Below, one piece after another: positions 25,714 through 37,165 of a stretch of 64,000 bases of DNA; the first letter of the stretch is position 1; the number at the start of each line of letters is the position of its first letter. Below the pieces are notes generated by a model, which saw nothing but the letters and a program-made list of their open reading frames with translations, ran no database searches and was not told the DNA's origin. The stretch is from NCBI GenBank assembly GCA_002269645.1, contig NIVC01000001.1:1-64000 (forward strand), read 5' to 3'. This stretch comes from Macrostomum lignano (taxonomy: Eukaryota). A program made the position numbers and the translations under genes.

Positions 25714-26540
25714 TGACTGTTTCAATGTAATTATTGAAATTGAAATTGCGGTCTGTGTGTAGTTTCTTTTATGTATTATGTATTGTTTAATTTTTTTTTG
25801 ATTTCAACCGATTTAACCTACAAAAGACGAATCGAAAGTAACAGATAAAAATGAGAGATAGTAACAAGAGATTATTATTACTATTCGATATTTGTTCTTC
25901 TCTGCTTTGCTTCGCCAGCTTTTACTGACACTTTCTTTTGTTCGCTGAATCAATGACGGACCTTGAACCTCCGAATGTCAGCCTGATTTAAGATTTGATA
26001 AGCTCACAAAGTTTACAGAGATGCAATGCGGCACCTGATGCTGACCTGTTTTGTGTGCATCTGCTTCTCATCTGCTTCTCTGCCTCTTTCTCTCCATCTG
26101 TCCGCTTGTTGTTTCTCTAATTCCAAACAGGTGTTTCACTGACTTATAAGTTCAGTTGATGGCTGCCAGCATTGCATCTCTTGCAAAACACAACTTTTGT
26201 CAATGTGCTTTTGTGTAATAGCAAATGCTTTCAGACGGCTATCCACTGTTCGTTTCACTGCCTTCCCTGCGAGTGTCTAACAATGGCCCCTTCCATTTCT
26301 GTCAGCGCATGAGTTTTGCGCGTGGCGAACAGCAGACTTTATCGTCATTGTTTGTCAGAACCCTTCTCTCTCTGCATATTTTCTTTTTTGACTGAGAAAT
26401 TCACATTTTTCTGACTGCATTCTACTGCTCGGCTGCGTAGTAGTTAGTAGCAAGTAGTGTGTTTTTTATTTTTTTAAACAGCAGCCTTTGGTTTTTTATG
26501 AATCGCTACTTGACCGCTTAGCTGTATCTTTTACCTGATA

Positions 26541-27125
26541 ACACAGATACTAGAATAACTGTCATTCGCGATTAAAGTTGTAAAAAAGCAGAGTGTTATT
26601 TTTCAGTAGCTGTCTGCGTAGTGTCACTTAAATTTAATGTGCCAGCTAAATGTTAAGAATCAACAAGCATTTAACTCGATGTACACAAGTGAACGCTAAG
26701 ACGGATTGAACCCAGCCTAGGGGGTGCAGGCTCAATCTAGCTCAGCCAATGAGAGAGCAGTAAGGTGAGAGATCAAAGTCAGACGGACGAAACCCAGCCT
26801 AAGGGGGCAGGCCCAATCTGGCTCAGCCAATGAGAGAGCAGTAAGGAGAGAGATCATAGTCAGACGGACGAAACCCAGCCTAGCGGGACAGGCCCAGTCT
26901 AGCTCAGCCAATGAGAGAGCAGTAAGGAGAGAGGTCAAAATCGGACACAAGCGGGCAAGAGGAAAGCCGACTGTTGATCGGCCTGGCTTGGGCTGGGCCC
27001 CACCCCTTTTCTTTAAAAAAAAACTATTTTACTAATGTACAGGCAAAAACGCTAATCCTATATACTAAAAATGAAATGTCTTTTTTCTAATGAAAAATAC
27101 TAACTAGTTATTCTAGTATCCGTGT
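26541..27125. mobile_element. MITE-like element with 20-bp TIRs and an internal 3 x ~81-bp repeat
   Basis: ACACAGATACTAGAATAACT (26541) and AGTTATTCTAGTATCCGTGT (27106) are inverted copies with 1 mismatch. Three internal units start at ~26709, 26791 and 26872. A similar left end occurs at ~32815. Confidence 0.6.
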
Positions 27126-28344
27126 CTTACAAGGGGCTTGAAAGTTAATTAAGCTCTCTAAATGGCTTTCCAACTTAGCTAAAAGTTCCTACTGTCTGCT
27201 TGGCTGCACCAAATTGGCATACTAAACTTTTTTTATTGATAACGTTACCGTATGTACTATAGCGTCATTCTTTTCAATCCGGCATTTATAGTTCAGTTGC
27301 GCTGTTCTCACACGCTTCGCCCCTGTTCGTTTTATTTTAAACCGGGCAACAACCAGTTTTTGCGTAGCAGGTGAAAATTTAGCGAATTCCTGGCATTGAG
27401 CAGCATGTAGGATGATGGGTGTCCCTTTAAACTATTTGTGTTTTCGATTTCATATTTTTAACCGTTATACGTAATGCCGTGTGGATTCTATTTTTCTTTC
27501 CGCCCATCCCCTTTAAGTGCTCATATATGCCAGTGAACTTTTATTTATCAACTCATTTTTAAAACAAAAATTGGTCCAAGCTGTGTGTGTCTTATGCTTC
27601 GTCGGTAGCGGTCTCAGATGATATTTCTGTTAAAAGTTTTTGCGCTGTGTGTTCGTGCTCCGCCTCCCCTCTAAGCGCTTTAGTTTATTTTGTAATCATA
27701 AACAGTTGCTTGGTTAAATTGGCTTTATTAAGTCTGAGGGACTTATTAAATCTGACCTCTACCATTTGCCAGGTGTAAATTTAAGTTACTGACCACCAAA
27801 GCCTAAAACGATTACTTATTTTAAATATCTTCATGTACTTTTCCTCATTCTCAAAGCCGTACTGTCTTGCGCTTTTATCTAGCTTTATATTTCACAAATG
27901 GAGTCGAAAAAAGGCGAGTATATGCATATTACACTACTATTATACTGCTACTAATACACGTTCGTGGAGAGCTCATTTGCGCTTTTTTGAGAAATTAATT
28001 TAAAACAATACTGTTTTTAGAGTTACTTTTTTATTTCATTTTCAAATTAAAAGTGTAGCAGTTAAGCCAAGTTCACTACTTCCTAGATAAGTAGGATATA
28101 AATCATTGAAAATGCAAGTTTTTGTCTTAGGAATTTCTGTTAGGAATATATTTTAGTTCGAAGAAAGTCCTGATGCCAATCAAAACCCGTTGGCTTGTCA
28201 GAAAGAAAGAAGTAGTTTTAATCCTCTTAGCGAACTCGCATTCTGTAAATTTTATAACTGAGACTATATTTAAAATAGCAGCCTATTCTGTAAGTTAGCA
28301 ACCGATGGTTAAAATTAGCGAGTCAGCTGTTAGCGCAATCAGAT

Positions 28345-28614
28345 TCAACCAGACTTGAACAGCAGGATGGCCACCTGGCCCAGGTAGAAGTAGATGAAGT
28401 GCTTGGTCTCGTGGGTCACGTAGCTGCCAAAGTTGCGGCCGACGATGCAGTGCCAGGTCGGGTTGTACTTCTTGTCGAACTCCTTCTTGATGTAGGCGGC
28501 GATGTCTTTCTCGACGTTGAACTTCTCCAGAGCCTGGGTGGAGCAGTCAACGGCGTCCTGCTGCATGTCCTCGGACATGTCGGCGTTCTTGATGACGGCC
28601 TTGCGCTCAGACAT
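28345..28614 (-). CDS. DYNLL: Dynein light chain LC8 (DYNLL1/2-like), 89 aa, intronless CDS
   Basis: [24 protein letters not shown]...[42 protein letters not shown] is near-identical to canonical LC8. The true start is the internal ATG at 28614. Confidence 0.98.
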   Translation of the reverse strand: MSERKAVIKNADMSEDMQQDAVDCSTQALEKFNVEKDIAAYIKKEFDKKYNPTWHCIVGRNFGSYVTHETKHFIYFYLGQVAILLFKSG

Positions 28615-29474
28615 TCTGTGTAGCTGTCGGGTGGTTTCTAGCTGCTGAGGGAATTGAGAGATTGTTGGCTGCGAGATCGCGCTGGAATGCTGCTTGCTGG
28701 GAGGCTTCGACATTTATGCCGACGCTGCTGGGCAGCTTAGCTTCAGCAGTTAGGCGCAGTGGCCTTCGCCTATTGGCTGTCCCGGTCGGTGTTAGAGCCA
28801 GCAATTTAGCTTCAGTTCTCAGTAGTTTAGGCTGCTCCGCTCTGCGGGCTTTCAGTCTGATTGGCTGGAGCTCAGTCTGTCAGGTAAACTTACCTGCAGA
28901 AAACTGGCTTCGGATGGTTTTAGCTTGGGCGGGGGTTGCTCAAAGCTCGCTTTTGGGGTCAGTGGAAGCCCCACCCCGTCTCACCCACTATAACAACTCA
29001 GCTTGCATTCCTTGAGTTCGAGCAGTCCTCCCCCCCCCCAAACAGCGGCCTTCTCATTCATTGTTGTATTATCCATAGTAATGCGTAGGAAGGGAGGGCA
29101 TTCTATTAGCCAACAATTCAGTTTTTCATTCTTACGCTTGCTTGAACCATTTCTTTGTAGAACTTGACGCACACAGTTTAGAGAGTTCGTGCGGCGCTGT
29201 GTTAGCTTGTCGGTAGTACGCATGCATGCCCCCCCCCCCCGGCTTTGCTTGCTTAATTTCATAAGCAACTGCGAGTGCCGGCATTGCTTGCAACTTTCAT
29301 ATCTGTATATACGTTGCGGTTTCAATATAAATACTTGGGTCTTTGTTGTATAATATGATATAGTAAAATGCATCCAAGTTAGACCTTTTCTCTCAATTCT
29401 TGTATCTATTGACTCCCTTAACTTTGTGTGTCTTCTTTGCTTTTCAGTATCGGTTTTTTTCACTCCACCACCTC

Positions 29475-30410
29475 GTAGAGGGCGGAGTTCCCACTGGATA
29501 GAGGGCGGAGCTCCCACTGAGTAGAGGGCAGAGCTCCCACTGGGTAGAGGGCGGAGCTCCCACTGGGTAGAGGGCAGAGCTCCCACTGAGTAGAGGGCAG
29601 AGCTCCCACTGAGTAGAGGGCAGAGCTCCCACTGGGTAGAGGGCAGAGCTCCCACTGAGTAGAGGGCAGAGCTCCCACTGGGTAGAGGGCGGAGCTCCCA
29701 CTGGGTAGAGGGCAGAGCTCCCACTGGGTAGAGGGCGGAGCTCCCACTGGGTAGAGGGCGGAGCTCCCACTGGGTAGAGGGCAGAGCTCCTACTGGGTAG
29801 ATGGCGGAGCTCCCACTGGGTAGAGGGCGGAGCTCCCACTGGGTAGAGGGCGGAGCTCCCACTGGGTAGAGGGCGGAGCTCCCACTGGGTAGAGGGCAGA
29901 GCTCCCACTGAGTAGAGGGCAGAGCTCCCACTGGGTAGAGGGCAGAGCTCCCACTGGGTAGAGGGCAGAGCTCCCACTGGGTAGAGGGCAGAGCTCCCAC
30001 TGGGTAGAGGGCGGAGCTCCCACTGGGTAGAGGGCGGAGCTCGCACTGGGTGGAGGGCGAAGCTCGCACTGGGTGGAGGGCGGAGCTCCCACTGGGTAGA
30101 GGGCAGAGCTCCTACTGGGTAGAGGGCGGAGCTCCCACTGGGTAGAGGGCGGAGCTCCCACTGGGTAGAGGGCGGAGCTCCCACTGGGTAGAGGGCGGAG
30201 CTCCCACTGGGTAGAGGGCAGAGCTCCCACTGAGTAGAGGGCAGAGCTCCCACTGGGTAGAGGGCAGAGCTCCCACTGGGTAGAGGGCAGAGCTCCCACT
30301 GGGTAGAGGGCAGAGCTCCCACTGGGTAGAGGGCGGAGCTCCCACTGGGTAGAGGGCGGAGCTCGCACTGGGTGGAGGGCGAAGCTCGCACTGGGTGGAG
30401 GGCGGAGTTT
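29475..30410. repeat. 23-bp tandem repeat (GTAGAGGGCRGAGCTCCCACTGG)
   Basis: About 40 copies between the divergent DYNLL and TMEM129 genes. Confidence 0.97.
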
Positions 30411-30556
30411 TCACAAGGTAGAGGCCTGACGAGTTATTTCATAACTCAGTGTGCTTGATGCCTTGTTCTCAACTTCTCAACTCAACTATGCCCTATTCTA
30501 AGTTATGATTAATGTAGATTTCTGCGATTATCTCCAACAATTTTTGCTTTTTTTTC

Positions 30557-32337
30557 ATGGACGAAGAGCTCGAAGGCGTTTTCGACTGGTCCGACGCAGC
30601 CGATGACCAAATTGAAGCTGCCGCAGCAGCCGCCTGGCAAACTGGCGACGCCATTCACAGCCTCATCTTCGCCGCCCTGGCGCTTTGCCTGGTCGCTCCG
30701 CCCACCGAGGTGGTTAGCGCTGGCCTCACCGTTCAGAATCTGTTCAGGCGGTGGCTGCCCAGCGAACAGCTGCAGTTTGTTAGGCACCATCTGCATCGGA
30801 CTGCTCTAACTGTTCTGCTGCACTCGCTGCTACCAACGGTTTATTACGTCTACATGGCTGTCGCCTGTCCGCACCTGCAGCTCTTGCCGAATCCTCTGAA
30901 GGCTGCAGCTGTCTGGCGCTGCCTCGCCATCGTGGCCATCGCTGCGCCCGCCGCTGCCGCCTGCCTCTATTGGCGATGGACGCGAGCTGGTTTCCGGGTG
31001 AGCAGAGGGCGGAGTTCCCGGCGGGTAGAGGGCGGAGCTCCCATGCAGGGTGAGGGCGGAGTTCCCGGTGGGTAGAGGGCGGAGTTCCCGGTGGGTAGAG
31101 GGCGGAGTTCCCGGTGAGTAGAGGGCGAAATTCCATTGGGTAGAGGGCGGAGTTCCCGGTGGGTAGAGGGCGGAGTTCCCGGTGAGTAGAGGGCGAAATT
31201 CCATTGGGTAGAGGGCGGAGTTCCCGGTGGGTAGAGGGCGGAGTTCCCGGTGGGTAGAGGGCGGAGTTCCCGGTGGGTAGAGGGCGGAGTTCCCGTTGGA
31301 TAGAGGGCGGAGTTCCCGGTTGGTAGAGGGCGGAGTTCCCGGTGGGTAGAGGGCGGAGTTCCCGGTGGGTAGAGGGCGGAGTTCCCGGTGGGTAGAGGGC
31401 GGAGTTCCCGGTGGGTAGAGGGCGGAGTTCCCGGTGGGTAGAGACCACACAAGTCTACGAGTTTCCAGTGAGATGCAGCTGCATAGAATTCGCTGCCCCG
31501 TCTCCGCAGCACCACCCGATCGCGGCAAAGCTGGCCAGAGCCGCTCGCAACTCCAACTGGGCCGAAGTTGCCAGCGCAATCGATGTGGAATTTCGACGCT
31601 ACGACAAATTCGTTACTGGCCAGATGGGCAGACAGGTGCGAGAGGTTTAAATTGTGTTTTTATTGAGTTTGCTTTTTTCATTTTGCCGATTTTCCTTCCT
31701 TTTTCAAATCGATCGTCGGGCCCAGCTAATCGTGACGGACGGCTGGCTTCTGCAGACCAGCGCCTACACGGTGCAGGTCGCGCCGCAGGCCAGCCTGATG
31801 CTCCGAGTCCTGTCCGCCGATGAGCATCGAATCTCGCCGGACAGCGGGCCGCTTGGCGCCCAGATTCTTCGCATAGCGGTGATCCCGCTGGACTCGGACA
31901 GATTCCAGCAGTTCGAGGTGCGCGTCAATTCGGCAGTTTATAGCGACCTGCGCGAGAAGCTGACGGCTCCGGTCACCGCCGCCCAGTCTGTGATGATTCG
32001 GCAGTCGCTGAGCGACCAGTTTGTTGAGGCCTTCGCCGAGTGCGTCGCTGAGAATGGCCGGTTTCGGGGCGCCCCGGGCCAGCAGCCGCAGCAGCCGCAG
32101 CAGTGCCTGGGCTGTCTGAACCAGCCGGCCGACTGCCGCATCGCTCCGGGCTGCGACAGCGCCGGGAACTGCGGCGGATGCCGCTGCCAGCCGATGTGGT
32201 GCCGCGGCTGTCTTGGCCGATGGTTCGCCAGCCGGCAGGCCCAGGCTGGCAGAGAGACGGAGGCGTGGATGTCCGGCAAAGCGCCTTGTCCGACTTGCCG
32301 GGCCGAGTTCTGTGTGCTTGACGTGTTTCAACTGTGA
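30557..32337 (+). CDS. TMEM129: E3 ubiquitin ligase TMEM129, ~392 aa, 3 exons
   Basis: Exons 30557-30997, 31510-31635, 31726-32337, all phase 0. Motifs APPTEVVSAGLTVQNLF, EFRRYDKF, IVTDGWL and the C-terminal C4C4 RING CLGC...CRCQPMWCRGCLGRWFASRQ...CPTCRAEFCVLDV. Confidence 0.95.
31000..31442. repeat. 23-bp tandem repeat (GTAGAGGGCGGAGTTCCCGGTGG) in TMEM129 intron 1
   Basis: Variant of the 29475-30410 array. Confidence 0.95.
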
Positions 32338-32864
32338 TGCCCGATCTGTTCCTTACATAGTTTCCTTGCCTTTGTTTCTATGCTATTCGCGTTGTCATGC
32401 CTTTTCTTCTTTAAATTCAGGGGTTGATGACAATTATTAAGGTATTTTTTTTGGGGGGGGGGGGGTGAATTACTCAGCGGTAACTTGGCTTTCTCGGATC
32501 TCCATCACGCGTTCAATTCTCAGCTGTGCGCTATTTTCTCAAGCTGCTACTGGATTATGGATTGTTTATCTTAATTGTGTAACCGATTTTATCCTGATTA
32601 AATAAACTCTAAAAAAGATACAATTTCTTAGATTCAGTTCAATGACTACTCAAGTAGAAGGACGGATATAAAATTACAACAGAATCCTAACTTTCTAAAT
32701 ACGTAAAAAGCTCTATGAATGTCAGTAGGTCTGCCTCCTATCAAAAGGAATTGCAATTTTTGTGCTGAAAAATGAAAACCTCTTATCTCCGTAGTGTATT
32801 TCTTCGGTAAAAACCACAGACACTAGAATAACTAAATGGGCCACTCAGCACATTTGCGTGCAAG

Positions 32865-33207
32865 CTACTTTCAGTTCAGTAGTAAGTTAAACTGAAGCAT
32901 TTTAATTTATTTTTTAAAGACAAGGCTCATTTATTGGCTCTTACCCCGCCCCCCCAGCTTAAACCCTCAAACTCCACACAGAACCGCCACCCCTGCCCTA
33001 CCACCCAGTTTTTATTGGCTGTTCCAGCCTAAAGCTGGCATGTACATTTCAGTGGACTGGCCAATGTACATTACGCTCGTATTGCTGAACCAATTTAGCA
33101 AGTTGTTTACTGCAAGCTTGGCTTCTAAACTTATCAAAGTAATTTCAGCTGTCTTTACTTTTATAAAATAGCTTATGTATTCTTCATTGCTACTGAACTG
33201 AAAGTAG
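32865..33207. mobile_element. Putative MITE with a perfect 18-bp inverted repeat
   Basis: CTACTTTCAGTTCAGTAG (32865-32882) and CTACTGAACTGAAAGTAG (33190-33207) are exact reverse complements. This could be read as a TA TSD plus a 15-bp TIR (Tc1/mariner-like). Confidence 0.5.
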
Positions 33208-34357
33208 AGAGCTGTTTTACTAAGTATATGCCTGAGTGGCCCATCTGGTTATTCCAGTATCTGTGGTAAAAGCCGGCCTCCTAAACCTTTCCAAGAAACG
33301 TAGTTTCCCGTCGTTCTACTCGAGTATTCCTCGCTTCAGTTTTGTTCCTTGGAACCGGAAAAAACGCGCGCGATTCATCGTTGGTTTTTTTTGTTTTTTA
33401 CCTTCTTTATACGTGCTGCAGAAACTTCAAACTTCTTATAAGGTACCATTTTGTGCACAGTTCCCTTATGCGAATTATCTCGTACACTAGCTGTGCACAT
33501 CTACAAGTACGAACGGAGCTCAAAAATGCCCGAGTATTGAGTCGTTGGGTTTATTTTTAGTCCATTTAAGCCAGCAAGCAATTTGTTGCGTACAGTGGAG
33601 GTGTTTTTCCGGTTACCATGGGGGCAATGCCAACGTACAGTATTATTGGGTACACGTTTAATACCTTATTATTAACCCAGCAACAAATTATTTATCTCGC
33701 AACAAACTTAGAATTAGAAAACACCATAGGATCGGGGCGCGTCGCTTTGTAAGTCCTGCATGTTTATCGCTCTCCTTACGATAAATTGAATGCTTCAATT
33801 TCGTACGTTGGTTCAACTTCAGCTGATACTTTTAGCTGGATTTGTTTGTGAGTAGCCTTTCATCAGACTCATTGAATATTTGTCTGTAGGCATCATTTTG
33901 GGCCTACATTTAATTACTGGTTACTGCTCACAACTCGAAGCATATATCCATATAGTGCTGTTGCTTAGATTACTTACTTTTTGAAGTAGGGTCCTGTACC
34001 CCTTTTATGATACTTGTACTTATGCATAAAAAAAATTACATGTATATTTATTGTGTACTGTAAAGATTTTGGCCCTGCGACATCTCTATATTTAAGATTT
34101 GTTGTCAGCACTCATTTTGGCGCTCCATAGCTTTTGCATATCCCCCTTCAGTCCCCCTTGTGGCGACGACCCTGCCTCATAATACGTACAGTTGTGTTGT
34201 CTAAACGGATTTCGCAGATTACAGGTAGCTGTTTCGTGCATAGCGCAATGACGCAATGACGTTCATCTTGTAGACAATTTGGTCCAGAAAAAAATAGAAA
34301 ATACGCTAACAGGACAAAGCGCACACGAGTACGTGCACTTTAGTTATCTATGTTATA

Positions 34358-34960
34358 TTGGAATTAATGTGCCAAAGCGCCCCTGCTCCAACTACTGCTC
34401 AAACAGGCTTTCAGTTGGCTACCGCCGATTGCACTCAGTTTCTGTGTCTCGATGCAAGGAAGAATGTCAGCCTAGCGGTGCTCCCGTGCAAGGATGAGCA
34501 GGCGGTGGCGTGTACTCAGCGGTACCTGGACCCCAGCTGCCACCCCAGCTTCTGTCCAAATCCAGACGATCGATTCGGAGACTCCCGCAGCAGGAGGATC
34601 ATCGCCTTTTGCCTGATCGATGCGCTAAAAGTCTGTCCCGCTAAGCATAAGCCGAGGACTCCAGAGGCGAAGTCGAAGGACGCCGCCTATGCTGGCAAAA
34701 TAATCGCACCAGATTTGCAGCCGGGCGATTTCAAAAGTAATCGCAAACGTGAAGATGGATCATCGCCAACTACTCAAGCTGGGATTTCTAATGCCATTGT
34801 AGCCATTGTCTGCCCTGTTATTGCTATTGTGCTAATTCTAACGATATTGGTTGCTCTGTATGTGCGGCATGTATGTGGGAAGCGAAAATTAAGGCAGGAC
34901 AATGGCATGAGATCCAATGTTAGTGGCGCCGAAGAACAGCTGATTAAAAGCTTGACTTAA
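34358..34960 (+). CDS. Uncharacterised Cys-rich single-pass membrane protein (5' end uncertain)
   Basis: Stop-free 200-aa frame with 8 Cys in a compact region, an NVS sequon, a hydrophobic helix (AIVAIVCPVIAIVLILTILVALYV) and a basic stop-transfer tail. A likely acceptor at TTTCAG 34414 implies an upstream signal-peptide exon that I did not find. Confidence 0.65.
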   Translation: MELMCQSAPAPTTAQTGFQLATADCTQFLCLDARKNVSLAVLPCKDEQAVACTQRYLDPSCHPSFCPNPDDRFGDSRSRRIIAFCLIDALKVCPAKHKPRTPEAKSKDAAYAGKIIAPDLQPGDFKSNRKREDGSSPTTQAGISNAIVAIVCPVIAIVLILTILVALYVRHVCGKRKLRQDNGMRSNVSGAEEQLIKSLT

Positions 34961-35553
34961 AAAAGCACTTTCACTTATTTTCTTTATTATTAATCTCATT
35001 TAGTTGACCTGTAAACACGCTCTAATAGTTGTACATGCAAGTAAAGTGTATTATTCGGTCAAGTCAGATTTTCAACTAACCTAGCTTGTGGCTTTTAGGT
35101 GGTGCTGAATCCGAGAAATATTTATTTTTCACCTCATTTTAACATCAAAATGTAACCGATTTCGCAATTTTTACATTAAATTTGCATTCTTTAGCTTTGT
35201 CAGATTATCTTTTTTTATGTACATGTACATTTCTTACCTCGCAAAGTTTGTGTTTGTGTCTTACTGTATTACTCTGCCCTAAAATAAACATCCTATCGGC
35301 TCTGGGATCTTGCCAATTATGTTACTTGCCAAAATCCACTACGAGATACTGAAAATGGTTTGCCCGTATCTATCTATCTGAGTTCACTCAATATTCGTAC
35401 GTTTTGTACTTTTGGACGAGTTGGGCAAGCAATTGGCTTCGCAGTGGGTCAATATGAAAATGATAAAAAGCAGTATGAAACCGCAATATGAAGCTGGCTT
35501 CTACTCATTAATATACACCATTGTAGTCATTAAAAGCTTCGACTCCTGAATGG

Positions 35554-37165
35554 TCACAGCTTGGCTCCCCCTCCCCCTCCGCCATCGAACCGTCCGCCCC
35601 GGCCGCGGCCGTCGCGCACAAAACCAGCAGCCCCGGTGGCCGCCTCCGCCAGCACTCGCTCGCCGCCGGTGAACTCCGCGGCCAGCCGGCTCAGTAGGCC
35701 GTCTGCATTGTTCCTGTCGTTCGTTGAACTGCCACAGTTGAAGTAGGCTGCTGCGACAGCTGATGCCCGGTCGGCTCGGGCGCAGGCCTGTAATACATTT
35801 AATAACCATATTTTTTATTAATCTCGAGTTACGAACCGGAAAGTGCAAAATGTACTTAGTAGCTATTTGCTATTAGCATTTACCCCCAGAAATTCTCCTC
35901 CCACCACCAAAATCCAAATTAAGGACATGTCTGAGAAAATCTACACCGGGGGAATCTATATATAGGTCAAAAGCGAAAAATGTCGAAAGACAGTTCAAAA
36001 TCGCCACAGCATTCCGCATATAGCTACTGTACAAGGATCAGCGCAGCTACAGAATTCAATGCTCTGCGACAGCCAACCTGCGGGAACGAGGCGATCTCCT
36101 CGGCCAGAGCCACCGCCGTCTGCAGAGCCTGGCCGTCCGGACAGACTCGATTAGCCAAGCCCATCTCGGCCGCCTCCCGGGCGCCAACCGGCCGGCCAGT
36201 CAAGATAAGGTCCAGCGCTCTGGACAGGCCAATCAGCGCCGGCAGCCTCACGGTGCCTCCGTCGATTAGCGGCACCCCGAACCGGCGGCAGAACACTCCG
36301 AGGGTGGCAGATGCTTCCACAACGCGGAGGTCGCACAGCAGCGCCAGTTCGAGGCCGCCAGCCACCGCGTATCCGCTGATGGCCGCCACGGAGGGCTTGC
36401 TGAGCCGCAGGCGGCTGGGACCCATTGGAGCCAAGCTGGCTTCATCTTGTTGAGGAATGGTTGTAGTTCATGGATTTGCGCGTAGGATCCTAGTAGAAGA
36501 GCAATTGCTGGTATGTACATGTACATATCTAAATGTTGGATATAAACGTTACTTAGATGCCTGGTTTGAGCTTTGGTAGATACCGGATGTTGACGTGTTC
36601 TGTAATCTGATGAAGACTACAAAGGCAACATAAAAGAATTCTGTGTGTCGGAGGCACTGCAGAAACTCAGTGGTGACCAGCTTTGAAGCGACCTGTAAAA
36701 TCAAGATGTACCTGCCTACGAGCTGGATTGGGTCTGTTATGCAAATTCTTCCAGACATTGTCATACAACCAGCGCTGAGACTCCTGAGCACAACATACAA
36801 GCGCACATGATAGCACGCACTCATACACACACTCACACAGGGGTGTACAGCTGACTTTTATCTAACAAGCAAAGACAGCTAGCGTGCCCCCTACCGGTCG
36901 CCACCGGGCCAAAGTGCGGCCTGATGCCATTCTCTGCGGCACCAAATTTAGCCGCCTCGGCCAAATCAAATCCGGAGCAGAAATTGCCGCCTCGGCCATG
37001 GAGCACCAGCACGCTGGACTCGGAGTCCTTTTCAAACTGCTTGAAAGCGGAGTAGAGCAGGCGGGCCAGCTCCGAGTTCACGCAGTTTCGCTTCTCTGGC
37101 CGGTTAAGACCAACAAGGAAGCAGCGGCCGGTTCTGGTCACTTCTAGTAGAGTCTGGGAGGCCAT
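35554..37165 (-). CDS. Enoyl-CoA hydratase/isomerase (crotonase), ~290 aa, 3 exons, C-terminal PTS1 (AKL)
   Basis: Exons 37165-36895, 36445-36078, 35787-35554 with consistent phases. Crotonase motifs LNRPEKRNCV, FCSGFDL, SKPSVAAISGYAVAGGLELALLCDLRV and LILTGRPVGAREAAEMGLANRV. Ends ...GGAKL*. Confidence 0.93.

Noticed and set aside
28615-28713. N-terminal extension of LC8 in the ORF track
   Set aside because: It starts at a non-ATG codon; the canonical 89-aa protein begins at ATG 28614.
35554-37165. Recent horizontal transfer or bacterial contamination of the crotonase
   Set aside because: It has two spliceosomal introns, host-like codon style and a PTS1; motif similarity alone is insufficient without a phylogeny.
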